DNA of 32,000 nt from Mycobacterium leprae TN (GCF_000195855.1 NC_002677.1:390001-422000), one strand, 5' to 3'. Shown: positions 1 to 11,868, counted from the stretch's first letter. Translations and numbers: made by a program. Notes: generated from the letters alone by a model not told the origin.

Positions 1-539
1 CTCCGTACGCAGCTGCCCACAACGCTCACCTTGCCGGCCTTTAAAGCCACTGGCCCACTGCTCACTGCATAGCTAAGCAATACAAGCTCAGTAACCCGAT
101 TGAGCGTCTTAGCCAGCATAGTTGGTGTCGAATCAGTGCAACCCCCAAAGCAACCCGCAAACACGCGGGCCCCACCCTTGCTGGTGATCTCACGCACGAT
201 CCCCACCCCCACCCAACCCAAACGAACGGTTAACGATCGATCACATCAACTCACAACACTGCAACACACCGCCACCCTTTACTCCACCCCCACAACAGAA
301 CATGCACACAAAGTACAATTCAACCCCGTCAATCCGAACGTGCGTGCCACCGAACACCAACACGCCTTAACGTCGAACTAGTTCACGTAAGCCCGGATGC
401 CGGTAGATCTTCGTTGCCTCGATACGTGTCTGGATCGTGGCGGAGTCTTGGTTCGGTGAGCCTCGGAAGATCTGAGGTGACTGAGTTGGGATACGGGTTG
501 TTGTTGTAGTGGATGCCGGCACAGTGGTCTCCGGGATGG

Positions 540-1340
540 GGTTACTGGTGTCGCATACGTTGGCCAATGATATGACCTGTGATGACGACAGCGACAAGTA
601 CGCCGAGAGCTAGCCAACACAACACCACATCGAAGATGCTGGTGATTTGGTGGGCGAGGTTCTTGCGGTAGACGAGGTTATGCCATCCGGTGGTGTTTGG
701 AACCATGGTGCCAACGAGATGCTCGCGATAAGCCGAGAAATGCTCATGGTGAGGAGAAATCCGCACAGTGACGAGATCAAGCCTCGCGGAGCGCAAGGTG
801 TTGGCTAGGTTGACGCGAAGCTAGATCGCGAAGACCGTGGTGGTCAAATCCGAACGCGGCCAGCGTCATGGTACCGTAGCGCGATAAGAGGAAATTCACA
901 CTCACCGCGACCCCGAGGTCGGTGATCCTCATCAACACCGATCCCAAGCACCACATCGCGATGAGCAGTAAGCTTTTTCGGGTAGCCTTTCACCAGGGGC
1001 TCTCGTCTTCTGGTGCGCCGCCACGGTAGCTGTGCAGTGCGAAAAGTATTGGGGGTGCAAAAATCACCGCGGTAGTTGTCCATGCCAAATAACCTTCGCA
1101 TCCGATTCCCGCCGTAGAGGTGTTCTGCGCAATGCCGTGGAACGCGTCGACGTAGCGTTCGGTGGGCAGGCGCCACACTAGGACCCCAGCGGCCAGCGTG
1201 TATATCTCGAGCCCGGTAGTCGAGAGTCGGGACGCCTTGGTGCTGCGAAAAATCCAGCTGGCCGTGACGAGGACAGCGGCTAGCGACACCAAGCTATACA
1301 TCATTGCTGTAGCAATAACCGTGATGTTTTTCTTGGCCAA
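540..1340 (-). pseudogene. Multi-pass membrane protein remnant, split over at least three frames
   Basis: Minus-strand ORFs 990-1340 and 542-796 plus the interval between them give hydrophobic TM-like runs (VSLAAVLVTASWIF, AVIFAPPILFAL, LIAMWCLGSVLM, VVLCWLALGVLVAVVITG). These connect only by changing frame. No family assigned. Confidence 0.35.
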
Positions 1341-2376
1341 GTCAGACTAACCGCCCGAGTGCAACGCGTACCTCACCCGCCAGCACGTGTTGAAAATGGT
1401 GCTGAGCGATGTACCGATCATTGCTGCGTAGCTGATGATCTGAGCCAGACCCGAGCCACCTTCGGTGCCCGTCATCGTCTACGGCTGGGCCGGTCATTAT
1501 CGGTTGTGTGCTCAAGTGCGCCGGCTGCCCCCAACCAGGCCCCGGGCCCGACACCGCCGGGCCACGTGTACTAATCCAACGGATTGGACTCGCTTGGAAC
1601 GCGTCGGAGACGACAAAGCTGGCCATTGACAGTTAGATAGGGTTCGTTGAGTAACAGACGAAGCCGGCCAGCCAGGGCAAGCTTGAACCGAGCTCTCGAC
1701 AACCTACACAGGCCCACATAGGTTTACGGGCGAGCGAACCTGAGAGAAAGCAGGGTTACCGTCCTCAGGAGCCCAAATAACGGTACTTTGCTGGCGGGTG
1801 TGGCCCAACCCCCAACCGAAATAGAGGCTCCAAGGAGAGAACAGGGCGGCGACGACAAAATTAGCGGCGACCAAGTCGCGGATGTGGTTCCGTCGCTGGG
1901 TTGGCTATCCGGCTGTGTGCTGGGGGTCCCAGTAGACACGTCCTTACGTAGTGTCCGGTCCTGAGGTGGCGGCGCCTGGGGTGCCCTACACGGTGTCGGC
2001 CTGCCGCTCGATCGTGCAGGTTAGGCGTCTCGCCGTTGCTCTGGTTCACGGGTGCCCCCAGGGAAGCACGAACAATTACTATATTGGTGATTGGTGCTTG
2101 TTTGGTTGTGTAGTGGGGGAACCACCCTATTTTGTCGACTGCACCGCTTACGTGCGAACATATTCGCAGTTCGGACGCTGTGGCAGCGGCTGAGAACAGA
2201 AAATTTTGCGAAGGTACGGCAGTCCTTTGGCGAACGTTCCCCACTGGGAAACTTGGTTATGCTGCGCTGTGAGTGAACTTGGTTGCTTTGAGTGACTGAT
2301 GCTGCCGACTGCACCGCATTGCAGTGATTCTAGGACCATTATACTAGCCACGAGGTGGCCAGGAGGAAGGGGATCC

Positions 2377-3100
2377 GTGATGGACGTCGTTTTGGGGGTT
2401 GCTGGTCGCAGGCCGGGCCGCCAGATTGACGCTTGTCGGTTCGGGTGATGCGTTTGACCAATCCATTGTTGACTTGGCTGATAACCCAATCGAGAAAATG
2501 ACCGATACCGCAGTCGGCACGGATCAGCTGTTGGTCGATGCGAGCCTCCGGCTGGTGGCCACGCGGCTGTGTTGGGCTGATCAGCCCAAAGCCGATCTAG
2601 CTGCGACAGACATTAGAAGATGCCGGCATAGGGGACGTCGCGATCCTGTCCGAGTCGGAGGCAGCGACGGCGCTGATGCGGGGGCGTCCAGGTTCGGTGG
2701 TGCTGGTAGGCGATGAGACGGCGACACTGTTGGTATGGGGTTGGGTGGTCGAAGACTAGTACGCGCCACCGACCCTGCTGGCAGGTGCCGAAGTCAGCGT
2801 CACGTTGGACACAATGATGTTTCGGCTCAACAACCAGCTCGACGCTCCGACCGAGCTCTCTCTGGTGGGTGTTTTGCTGACTGCACTGCATGTTGCTTAC
2901 CAGGTCGACGATGTGTCGACCATGCGGGGAGAGGTTACCTGACGATCCTATGCTTGCGTGTGGCGTAGCGTTAGCCATCGCGCCTGCTACGATGGCCCAG
3001 TCGGCGTTGGCGGCTGAGGAGGAAATCACCATTGTGCCCGCCGGCCGAAGTCGCGGACGCGGTTGGTGAGGAGTCGCAGCTGGCGATGACAAGCTGCTGC
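2377..3100 (+). pseudogene. Conserved-hypothetical-type gene, frameshifted soon after its start
   Basis: A strong SD (aggagga, 2361-2367) precedes GTG/ATG at 2377/2380. The frame reads MDVVLGVAG... then stops after 22 codons. The protein-like sequence continues in other frames (LTLVGSGDAFDQSIVDLADNPIE..., EDAGIGDVAILSESEAATALMRG..., LAGAEVSVTLDTMMFRLNNQLDAPTELSLVG). Family not recognised with certainty. Confidence 0.35.
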
Positions 3101-4447
3101 CGGTCGATACGGACGAATGTGACGACGAATACGTCGATGCTAAAGTTGAGACCAGCGCGCTGCGGCTGCCGGGGGTGGCAGGTAGTCTAGCTCGACGTAA
3201 GCTATGGGAAGCCTAGGACGGGCGGTAAATACATAGGGTCAGCGGTGTTCCACTACGGGGCACTATATACACGCAATCGTGGCCTTCTGGAAGGTGATTT
3301 CATGAGCGGCCTGCTGGTCGATCTGTTGTGATCTGGACGTAGTGGTCAGCCCCGCCCAGTCAGCACCATCCGATTAACTAGGCCAGGTGTCGTCGCGTTG
3401 GCTGGGGTGTTGTTGATTTTGGGCTTGGTTTTGGTGTGGTCATGCAGCGAGGATCGGTGGAATTTGGGACGTGAGAATCGACAGGGCTGGTTACGATAGT
3501 TCGGTGTGGTGCTGACTTCCTGTGGCAATGAGGTCTATGGCGGTGAAACACGGTGTGAAGTCGGCGTGTTGGCCAAGATAACCGAATGCACGGATCTCAC
3601 ACAGGGGCTTTTACGGGTTGCGGTGCCGGACCGACGAGACGGGTTACCCGGGCACCGGCGCGCAGCTCCGCAACATCGAAGACCAGGTGATGGTGTTATT
3701 CGAATGGGTCATCGCCGCCTGTGGCGCGGCACTGCCAGGCTGATATGTGCTACTTAAGTACTTTACCCATTGCGACACTGGTCAGTGGCTCTAAGCTTTT
3801 GGTGCCTCGGTTCCCGATGAGTCCGGCTGACCGCTACGCTGTACTTTCGGCGGCGCACTGTCTCAATGCGTTCAAGAGGTAGTGGACTCCGTCACTGTGA
3901 CGGTCGAATTTCGGTTGTCTGAATAGGCAACCGGTTGTGCTGACTGGTTGCATAAAGGTTCCGTTAGGCATAAATCTGCATGTACGCAGTGAAACGTGGA
4001 TCTGGAAAATACATTTCGCCGAAACCGGTAACGTCGGTCGACAATTTCCATTGCGTATCGACTTCAAAGCACGAACGTGAACAACACAAGCGCTCAACCT
4101 CAAGACATTAGGATTGATGACTGAGATGCTTAAACCACGTACACGACACGCCAAAAAGATTAGAATAAACTGCAGTTTCGATGCATGATTCATTGTTCTT
4201 AGTGTCTTCGTTCAAGGTGTAGTAGTTTTAGATTGAGTAGTAAATGCGGTGAGTAGACCCAGTCGGTTGTGCAGTAAGACACGGTGGCCGTGTCAACCCA
4301 CGGCATGGTGGAATTAACGGTAAAATTTGTCGGTGCGTCAAAGTCAAAGGTGATCTGCCGTGATCCCGCTGAAATGGAGTACTGCTGATGGTGGTAGGCT
4401 TGATCAAAAGTGCTTATGAGCCCGCTGTTCACTTCGGTGGTGCCTAG

Positions 4448-5161
4448 TTGGCTAAGATGATTTCCGACAGTGGGATCGGTAAGGTCGTGATAACTTCGCG
4501 GGGTTTCGACGAATACCGGGCGATGTTCGCGTTGTCTGCCATGGATCTGAACGCCACGATTTTGGACTGTCCCGGTGGTGCATCCAGCGCCACGGCTGAA
4601 ATTAACGCGGCCGGTGGTCGTTCGATGGCCGTTGACCCTTTTTATGGTCGTAACCTTTCGGTCGCAGACCTAGCGTCGTTTATCCAAGCCGAAACCGACC
4701 GTGGAAACGCTTACGTCCGCGCCCATCCTGACGAGTATCGGTGGACCTTCTTCAGCAGTCCGGAGCATCACCATCAGTCACGAAGCCGGGCAGGTCGACT
4801 ATTCCTTCATGATTACTGTGCTAACCCGAGTAACTATGTGGAAGCCGCACTGCCTCGCCTGCCGTTTTCCACCCATGCTTTTGACCTTGTACTTAGCTCG
4901 CACTTGCTCTTCACCTACGCCGACCGACTCTCGCCGGATTTTCACTACCAAGCCATCAACGAACTCATGCGTGTCACCCGAATAGAGTTAAGAATTTTCC
5001 CGCTGGTGGTGATGGGGTCGATCCGATACGACCTCGACGACCTGCTGGCCAGGCTGCGCGCCGACGGGGTTCACGGCGAAGTTGTCGCCGTTGACTACGA
5101 ATTCCAAGCGGGTGGCAACCAAATGCTCGTCTGTTCTCGCCTTGACGGGGTGATCGGTTAG
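4448..5161 (+). CDS. Class I SAM-dependent methyltransferase-like protein (237 aa), apparently intact
   Basis: Uninterrupted ORF with a TTG start at 4448 (alternative ATG at 4457). Motif-I-like ILDCPGGASS and post-I/II-like FDLVLSSHLLF. Convergent with the AAA pseudogene. A short hairpin (aggccc-N5-gggcct) lies at the stop. Confidence 0.6.
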   Translation: MAKMISDSGIGKVVITSRGFDEYRAMFALSAMDLNATILDCPGGASSATAEINAAGGRSMAVDPFYGRNLSVADLASFIQAETDRGNAYVRAHPDEYRWTFFSSPEHHHQSRSRAGRLFLHDYCANPSNYVEAALPRLPFSTHAFDLVLSSHLLFTYADRLSPDFHYQAINELMRVTRIELRIFPLVVMGSIRYDLDDLLARLRADGVHGEVVAVDYEFQAGGNQMLVCSRLDGVIG

Positions 5162-5164
5162 GCC

Positions 5165-7000
5165 CGGAGGGGGCCTTTGCGAACGTCCGCAGCTTCGAGA
5201 CTTGGTTGGTGTCCAGCGAGAACGCGCGGGTTTTGCGAGCTGCCGCCAAGTTGGGCACCGTCACATTGGTAGCGTCAATGCAACGCCGCATCGCGATGAT
5301 CGCGGTCTCCCGCAGCAGTCCACATAGTCGGCGGCACGGTAGTCGTCGAGTTCGGTGGTAACATCGGCGAGGTCGCCGTCGGTGCTCAGCGGTATAGAGA
5401 TTTCCTGGCGGTACACAGGATTTTGTGAGCTGCTGCGGTATTGGGGCGCCAAAGCGTCGATCTCATCGAGGAACATCAACGACGGTGCAGAGTCGCGGGC
5501 CCGCCGGAACAATTCCCCGACCGTTTTTTCGAGCTGCTGACCCACTTGTCCATCAGCTCCGAGCCTGTGACGGCGTGCACGCTCAACTGCCCGGTGCTGG
5601 CTAACGCGGGCGGACCACAAAAATTTTGCCGCAGTCCGGCGGACTGTACAGCAGCACCTCGTGTGGCGGGTCGACGCCCAGCCTGATGAAGTTGTCGGGA
5701 TGCTGCAATGACCACAGCACTGCTTCGGTCAGTGCCTGTGTTTGGCATAGGCCATGCACCGACCTAGTTGAGCGTTACGCTTCTAACCGCTAGCTCATGG
5801 TTGGCTGAGCGCGACAGTGGCCGGGATTGTCCTGAGCACCCTGGCCAGGTCGGGCTTGGTTCAGTTGGAGTGGTGGTCCGTCGGTGCTGGCTTGCTACCC
5901 AGCCCGCCGCGCCGCTTTGTGTACCAGGAGTCTCGTCGAGATTGCGATCGCCGACGGGCGCCGAATGCAGCGGTGTCTCCGGAGTGCTCTGCGGTTGGAG
6001 GCACTGGGCATCACCCAACTCAGCTCGCGGTCACACAGCTCAGGGTCGCTCAACAGCCGTATTGAGCTGGTCGGATGCGCTGAGGTGGCAATCAACGCCA
6101 CAATGCCGGTCGGTCACCGCAGTGCACAGGTCGGCGAGGATGCGGGGAGCGACTAGCTAGCGACTGGCCGGCAGCAGTGCGTAGACATCAGTGGTGAGCT
6201 GTACGCCGCCACCGTCACGCACTTCAGTCACCGCGCAGGCTACGGTTTGAGTCGGTGTTCGGCGATCAGCGTGCTGACCTCCGGACCATCGAGCTCAATC
6301 AGCCTGCGGCGGACGCACACCGCACAGATCAGTGTCGCTTTGCCGATACCGGTCTGACTCGACACCAGCATACCCAGTCCCGCCGACGGTTCAGCATGTG
6401 CGGTTCGTCGGGGGCAAGCTTGAGCCATTCGGTGATCTTGCTGACCTGCACCTGCCCGCTCTTGAGAGATCGTCGACTCCGATTGCTGGGCTCGCAACCG
6501 CTGCTCCAGCGCTCTACGGGACATTGGCACCCCAAGTTACTAGTGGGTTCGGCTGCACGCTGACCGGTTCGTCGGGATCCACACCGGTGACGGTGAGCAG
6601 ATTAGGGATCTAGCTTATGCTGACCTCCGATGCCAGTGCGCGGACGTTGGCTGACGTTGATGTACCTGGGCTCAGGTCGCTGGGCAGCAATGGCACTGCG
6701 TCCCCGACGGTCGTCACTTTGCCCAGCAAGACTGGCACAGAGTGACCGGATGAACCGATCGGGCCTCGTAAACGGTGAGCGCGCTGACGATCACCGCAGT
6801 GCGTTCGCGCAGCTCGACGTTCGATAGCGTACACCTTGCCGAACAATACGGTGCCTACTTAACTGCCTTAGCCGGACAACACCGCCGTGGTCAAGTACTC
6901 ACTACCTGATACCGCATCCCATTCTAGTATGGCAAGGGCAGCAACGGCGTTCGTGTGTAAATGATGACGCCGCGGTGGGAGTCGCCGGCGGAGGTGTTGA
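5165..7000 (-). pseudogene. Two-domain AAA+ ATPase (CDC48/VCP-like, Rv0435c-type), multiply frameshifted
   Basis: Fragments lie in different minus frames. D1 Walker A: TGIGKATLICAV...LDGPEV (6240-6530). D2: EAVLWSLQHPDNFIRLGVDPPHEVLLYSPPDCGKIF. Walker B: SLMFLDEIDALAP (5261-5620). The position downstream of pssA matches the M. tuberculosis gene order. Confidence 0.75.
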
Positions 7001-7045
7001 GCGTAAGTTGCGGGGTCGAATCCTACAACGCTAAACCAGGTCAGA

Positions 7046-7948
7046 TTATATAAACCGCCGTCCCGGTTTCCGCAGCCCCGACCGCACCATCGATCGGCTG
7101 CCTGGCTTAAGCAATCCAAGCCGCGGAACCGCGTGGCGGTTCGGACACGCACGGCGCGCCGCGCGCCGTGCGTCGTGCTGCTGCTTGAATTTGTCATCCC
7201 ACGCCTCGGGGTGCGCGGCAAGCCAGCGCTGGTTGTGAATCGCGAACGGGATGTGGCATAGGTAGGTGAGGATGATAACCCAGATCAACAGGTACGGGGC
7301 CAGCACTACAGCCGCCGCGAAGATCGCCAGCATCGCCACGAATACGGCTGCGTAGTGAGGCGGCACGGACACGGTGTGCATCTTTTTCATCGGGATTCGA
7401 CTGATCAACAGCATCGACGTCCCCGTCACCCAGATGCAAAGGAACCAGGTAGATGTCCACCAGCCAGCACCGAACTGCAACTTCAGGGCGAGCAAACCGA
7501 TCACTGAAACTGCACCCGCCGGAGCCGGCATCCCGACGAAGAATTCGCGCGTGTAGGCGGGCTGGGTCCCGTCGTCAAGCAGAGCGTTGAACCTCGCCAA
7601 CCGCAACACGACACACACCGGGTAAAGCAGCACCGCTACCCAACCGACGGGCGTTGTGGACAACATTGTCGCGTAGAGCACCACCGCCGGCGCCACTCCG
7701 AAGTTCACTGCATCGGCTAGCGAGTCGATTTCTTCGCCCATCCGCGACTCAGCGCCCAGGATACGGGCAACCCGGCCATCCAGTCCGTCGAGGATGGCGG
7801 CCGCAGCGATTAATGCGATCGCAGCCTTCGGCTGGTGCTCCAGGGCGAACCTGATGGAGGTCAACCCCGCGCAGATAGAAAGTACCGTCATCGAGCTGGG
7901 CAGGATCTGCAGGTTTACTGCTCGCCTGCTCCGGGGCCTGCTAGTCAT
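7046..7948 (-). CDS. pssA: CDP-diacylglycerol--serine O-phosphatidyltransferase
   Basis: 300-aa ORF with the CDP-alcohol phosphatidyltransferase motif [26 protein letters not shown] and multiple TM segments. Its ATG overlaps the psd stop (ATGA, 7945-7948). Confidence 0.95.
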   Translation of the reverse strand: MTSRPRSRRAVNLQILPSSMTVLSICAGLTSIRFALEHQPKAAIALIAAAAILDGLDGRVARILGAESRMGEEIDSLADAVNFGVAPAVVLYATMLSTTPVGWVAVLLYPVCVVLRLARFNALLDDGTQPAYTREFFVGMPAPAGAVSVIGLLALKLQFGAGWWTSTWFLCIWVTGTSMLLISRIPMKKMHTVSVPPHYAAVFVAMLAIFAAAVVLAPYLLIWVIILTYLCHIPFAIHNQRWLAAHPEAWDDKFKQQHDARRAARRACPNRHAVPRLGLLKPGSRSMVRSGLRKPGRRFI

Positions 7949-8676
7949 GTCAGGTCGGCCAGCACGGTCTCGCCGGCGACTGCCCGCTGTCCCACCTGGA
8001 CGACCGGCTCGGTACCTGGTGGCAGATAAGTGTCCAGCCGGGAGCCAAACCGGATCAGTCCGTATGTGTCACCGATCGTCAGCTTGTCGCCGATGTGCGC
8101 GTAGCACACGATTCGGCGGGCCAGCAGGCCTGCGATCTGCACCACTACCACCTCAGTACCGCCGGCTGTGCGGATTCGTACGCTGGTGCGTTCGTTTTCG
8201 GTGCTAGCCGGGGCCAGATCGGCTGCTCCAAAGCGGCCTGGCTGGTATTGCACGGCGATCACCTCGCCGCTTATCGGGGCACGCTGCACGTGCACGTCCA
8301 ATAGCGACAGGAAGATGCTGACTCTCGGCAGCGACATGTTGCCCATGCTGAGTTCGGCGGGTGGCGTGGCAGAGTCGATTACGCAGATCATGCCGTCGGC
8401 GGGGGCGACGACGACACCGGCGCGGGTGGGTGGCACCCGCGAGGGGTGACGGAAGAACACTGCACAGGCACTGGCAGCCAGCAATCCCACCCGGCGTAGC
8501 CAGCGCAAATCACGTCCGGTGACGACTTGTCCCACTGCCCCGGCCGAGGTCACTGCCAGGCCAGCGGAGATAAACGGGTGTCCAGCAGAGTGAACCGGCG
8601 GAACGGCGGAACGCACCAACTCCAGTAGATGCGCAGGGCCTTCCTTCGAGGATTCGGCGCGGGGGCGTCTTGCCAC
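7945..8676 (-). CDS. psd: Phosphatidylserine decarboxylase proenzyme
   Basis: 243-aa ORF with the PSD-family core ([20 protein letters not shown]) and a Gly-Ser self-cleavage region (IRFGSRLD). Translationally coupled to pssA. Confidence 0.95.
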   Translation of the reverse strand: MARRPRAESSKEGPAHLLELVRSAVPPVHSAGHPFISAGLAVTSAGAVGQVVTGRDLRWLRRVGLLAASACAVFFRHPSRVPPTRAGVVVAPADGMICVIDSATPPAELSMGNMSLPRVSIFLSLLDVHVQRAPISGEVIAVQYQPGRFGAADLAPASTENERTSVRIRTAGGTEVVVVQIAGLLARRIVCYAHIGDKLTIGDTYGLIRFGSRLDTYLPPGTEPVVQVGQRAVAGETVLADLT

Positions 8677-8699
8677 TCGGTCATCTTACGGAGTCAGCA

Positions 8700-9995
8700 T
8701 TGCTCGGCCGTAGTTACCTGAGATCCCAGACTTGCAGTTGAGTCCCGGTTGACACCTCCACAACGTTCTTTGGTCTGTTCAGCAGACCGTTGGCCGATGC
8801 CAGTCATGGCAAGTGGTGGTGCGCTGGTGGGCCGTAACTGGTGAGCGGTGTCGACTCCGTTTAACCTAATAGTCGGCGGGATGGAACAGCTCACGTCGGA
8901 ATTGCTGCATGGTGAATTTACCGCCTCGGTAAGCACCGTGGGCTGGTGCGGTGGCTGCGGATTCGGTAGGCGCATACCCAGGCGTAAGCGCGGTACGGAT
9001 TAATACCTCAAAAGACACCAGTGCGCTGATCGCGTTGCCCGGCAGCGTGACGATCGGTGCACCAAGCACCCGGGGCCGATGCCCGGCTGCATCGTTACCT
9101 TGACGAAATTCGACTGTGTGGTTTTGTTCGGCTCGATGGTTTTGGCTTTAGTGTTACGCGCCTAGGTAGCCGTCTCCGCTTAACATGTCTTCGACGACTG
9201 TTTAGACGCCAGTGCCGACTCCTCCGCTGGTGATGATCAGGTCAATCTTGTTTTTCAGTGCGAGCGTAGTAGTCCAGGATCGTGTTGAAATACACGATGT
9301 TATTTCGGGTGGTGACGGTGGCGACTATTACGTGTCGGGCCAGCGTCGCGAACGGCCCCGGCCAGCATGATCGCGTTCGATTCATAGATCTGTCCCGGTT
9401 GTAGTGGGGTGTCCGGCGAAACCAGCTTGGACCCGTTGGAGATCACCAGTACCCGTTGTTGCGAGATCACGTTGAGTTTGGTCATACTTACGCGCTGCGG
9501 CCAAACCAAGCACGGTCGGTGTCATCAGTTGACCTGCTCAAAGCACGGTACTGCCGAGGCAACGTTTTCGCTCGCCGGTCGAATGTGTTTGCCGATCCGG
9601 GCGGTCCTTGCTGAATCGACACCGATTGTCGCCCGCTGTCGATGTTTTCGACCGGCACATGGCCGTTGCCTCCGCCGGGTATCGGCGCTCTGGTCATGAT
9701 CCAATGTGCGTTACCGGGCTGCAACGTCAATTGATCGGTGTGTCCGGAAGAAAAGGACCGGCAGCAGTACCGGGTGTTCTGATTTTGTACGTTGAAGTGT
9801 CCTCGGTGCGTACCGCATAGCGCCATCCATCGCCGAATTGTCGAAAACCAGCAGCGAAAGCTGCGCGACCACACCTGCGGTCAGGTTCTGTCTCAAGGTC
9901 TCGATCAACGGAACCACGACCGCCGGACGGGCACAGATCATAATGTCCGCTACGGAACCACTGACAATCTTTAATTGACCGTAATCGGTCATCAT
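8700..9995 (-). pseudogene. moeA: Molybdopterin molybdenumtransferase MoeA, frameshifted
   Basis: MoeA hallmarks are scattered over several minus frames: LLVFDNSAMDG (N domain), VLVISNGSKLVSPDTPLQPGQIYESNAIMLAGAVRDAG (MPT-binding domain), PIVTLPGNAISALVSFEVLIR (C-terminal part). Stops and frame changes lie between them. Confidence 0.8.
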
Positions 9996-10019
9996 TGGCC
10001 CGGCAATGAGGTGCGCGGA

Positions 10020-10678
10020 TCGAGCTTTGGATCGAATAGGTGACGCCGGTGAATTCCTTGGAGACGGGTCAGAGCCAGCGTTGCAGCTGTTAGTTGAACA
10101 GCAGGTTGGCCAGCTTGGACTGCCCATAGGCGGCGATCCGGTTGTAGTGGCATTCCCACTGCAGATCGTCGAAGTGGATCTCGGCCTGCTGTCGGTGACT
10201 GAGGCTGCTCACGGTCACTATCCGCGAATCGTGCACCGGCAGTAACCGGTCGAACACCAGTCGGGTTAGCGTGAAATGACCAAGATGATTTGGTGCTGAA
10301 CTGCATTTCGAAACCGTCCGCTGCGACATGCTTTGGTGGCCATCATCACCCCGGCGTTGTTGATCAGCAAGTCGATGCGTGGGTAGGTGGTGCACAGTAC
10401 ATCCGCGGTGACCCGCACTAAGTCCAGTGAGCGGCCCAGGTTCGAGTTCCTGCAGTGTGACGTCGTCGTGCTGACAGGCGGGAACCATGCGTGCCAGCGT
10501 GGCGTTGCCCTCTGCGAGATCGCGCAGCGCTAGCACTACGTGCACCCCGCGATCGACCGAACATGCAGGTTGTGTAGTATCCGGTGTCCGTATTGGCGTC
10601 GGTGACGACAACGAAGCAGCCGCTTTAATCTGGTGTATGGGCCTTTGACCATTTGCGGGACTGGGCGTCTAGGGCCAT
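10020..10678 (-). pseudogene. Short-chain dehydrogenase/reductase, decayed paralogue of the intact SDR at 13698-14612
   Basis: Frame-hopping matches to the intact copy: FVVVTDANTDTGYY vs VAVITGANTGLGYQ, NHLGHFTLT, VTVSSLSHR, and YGQSKLANLLF followed by a stop. The sequence jumps from ...QLQRWL directly to ...VSKEFTGVTYSI (vs LWAVSEELTGVVYPVG). This implies an internal deletion of roughly 100 codons. Confidence 0.8.
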
Positions 10679-10762
10679 AGCTACAACATAATCATCAGAA
10701 TAGGGTGTTGCAGGGTTGCTGAACGGATAACGGGGACGGCGGCCAGCACCATCCCATATCAG

Positions 10763-10800
10763 GCCTGTCTCTAGAGGCTTTGCCTGTCTCTAGAGGCTTT
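10763..10800. repeat. Perfect 19-bp tandem duplication (gcctgtctctagaggcttt x2)
   Basis: Copy 1 is 10763-10781 and copy 2 is 10782-10800, identical at every base. It spans the last codons and the stop codon of lipU. Confidence 0.95.
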
Positions 10801-11868
10801 AGAGGCAGTAGCCTCTCGGATGTACTGGCTGATCTGGCGCAGCGACAGGGTGGCTTCGGGCACCATCGGCGCGGCGGCCTGGAATACGTGCACCTGTCCT
10901 GGCCACACGCGGATCTCGGCCGGCACACCTACGGCCGCCAGTTTCGTCGCGGCTAACTGTGCGTCGTGTAGCAACACCTCGGATCCGGACACGTGAATCA
11001 GTGTTCGTGGCAGACCCGGTGCTATGTGGTCTAGCGGTTCGTAGAGCTCTTCGGGCTTGTCGTCGACTTTGTTCTTCGCGGCTGAGCTAGCAACCAACCT
11101 GCCAAGAGCATCGAACGCCTTCGGCGGGAACATTGCGTCAGTCTTGGCGTTGGGGTGCGCCTGCTTACCCTTTTTAGCCAACTGCAGCAGTGGTGAAATT
11201 GCCACCAACGCCGCTGGTTCCTCACCCACGTCCTGGAGTCGCTGGGCAAGTGCCAGTGCAAGGTACCCACCGGCGGAATCGCCCGCCAACACTATCTGCT
11301 CTGGGTCGTAACCCAACCGTCGCAGCCACTGGTAGCCATCGTGACAGTCATCGAGTGCCATCCCGATTGAGTGCTTAGGCAGCAGCCGGTAGTTGACCAC
11401 CAGAATTGGGGAGTCAGCCAACTTCGAGAGTGTCTCGACAAGTCGACGGTGCGAGTTCGCCCCACACCCCAGAAACGCTCCACCATGCAGGTAAAGAACT
11501 ATCCGCCCGCTGCCATCAGCGGGCCGCACTCCAGCTGCGCGGACCAGCTGCGCTGACGTGTTAGATAAGTTCACTTCGGCCCGAGCCGCGTTTGTGACCG
11601 GGAGTAGCACACGAGCAGCATGGTCGATCAACCCGAATGGCCATGGAAGCTGCGGGACGTAGCTGCCGACCGCCAGAATTGGCCGGATTGTCAGCCGTGA
11701 CGTCAGCGAAGCTAATCGCGCAGCAATACTTGGGCCAGACTCGACAATCTCGACCGGAGCTCCGGCGCTGATGGCCAATCCTCGTGCCCCACGTCTGTAG
11801 GCCTTCAGTGCATCGCACGGACGCGTAGTAACCCTGGGAGAGCCAGATAGTTTACTGAGCGTAGTCAT
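10771..11868 (-). CDS. lipU: Lipase/esterase, hormone-sensitive-lipase family (alpha/beta hydrolase fold-3)
   Basis: 365-aa ORF with the HGG oxyanion motif (VLYLHGGAFLGCG), nucleophile elbow GDSAGG, and a downstream Asp/His region (IHVSGSEVLL, GQVHVF). The true start is probably internal: the first ~60 codons look like an upstream extension relative to my recollection of the ~300-aa mycobacterial homologues. Confidence 0.85.
   Translation of the reverse strand: MTTLSKLSGSPRVTTRPCDALKAYRRGARGLAISAGAPVEIVESGPSIAARLASLTSRLTIRPILAVGSYVPQLPWPFGLIDHAARVLLPVTNAARAEVNLSNTSAQLVRAAGVRPADGSGRIVLYLHGGAFLGCGANSHRRLVETLSKLADSPILVVNYRLLPKHSIGMALDDCHDGYQWLRRLGYDPEQIVLAGDSAGGYLALALAQRLQDVGEEPAALVAISPLLQLAKKGKQAHPNAKTDAMFPPKAFDALGRLVASSAAKNKVDDKPEELYEPLDHIAPGLPRTLIHVSGSEVLLHDAQLAATKLAAVGVPAEIRVWPGQVHVFQAAAPMVPEATLSLRQISQYIREATASKASRDRQSL

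Noticed and set aside
100-400. C/A-rich tract at the window start (ccccacccccacccaaccc...), compositionally like the C/A-rich right end of RLEP (18030-18110). A G/T-rich patch lies at 3400-3450
   Set aside because: The composition is similar, but I could not align it to the RLEP copy in this window. It may belong to another M. leprae repeat family (REPLEP/LEPREP/LEPRPT), whose sequences I cannot recall well enough to claim.
7011-7030. tRNA T-loop-like string ggggtcgaatcc
   Set aside because: The flanking bases do not form a T-stem, and no acceptor or anticodon arms can be folded. It lies in the pssA/AAA-pseudogene junction.
10763-10800. Tandem direct repeats here, at 14657-14672, 19323-19338 and 20042-20057, considered as a possible CRISPR or VNTR array
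   Set aside because: Each has only two copies of 8-19 bp with no spacers. Nothing resembles a CRISPR repeat-spacer organisation, and no cas genes are present.
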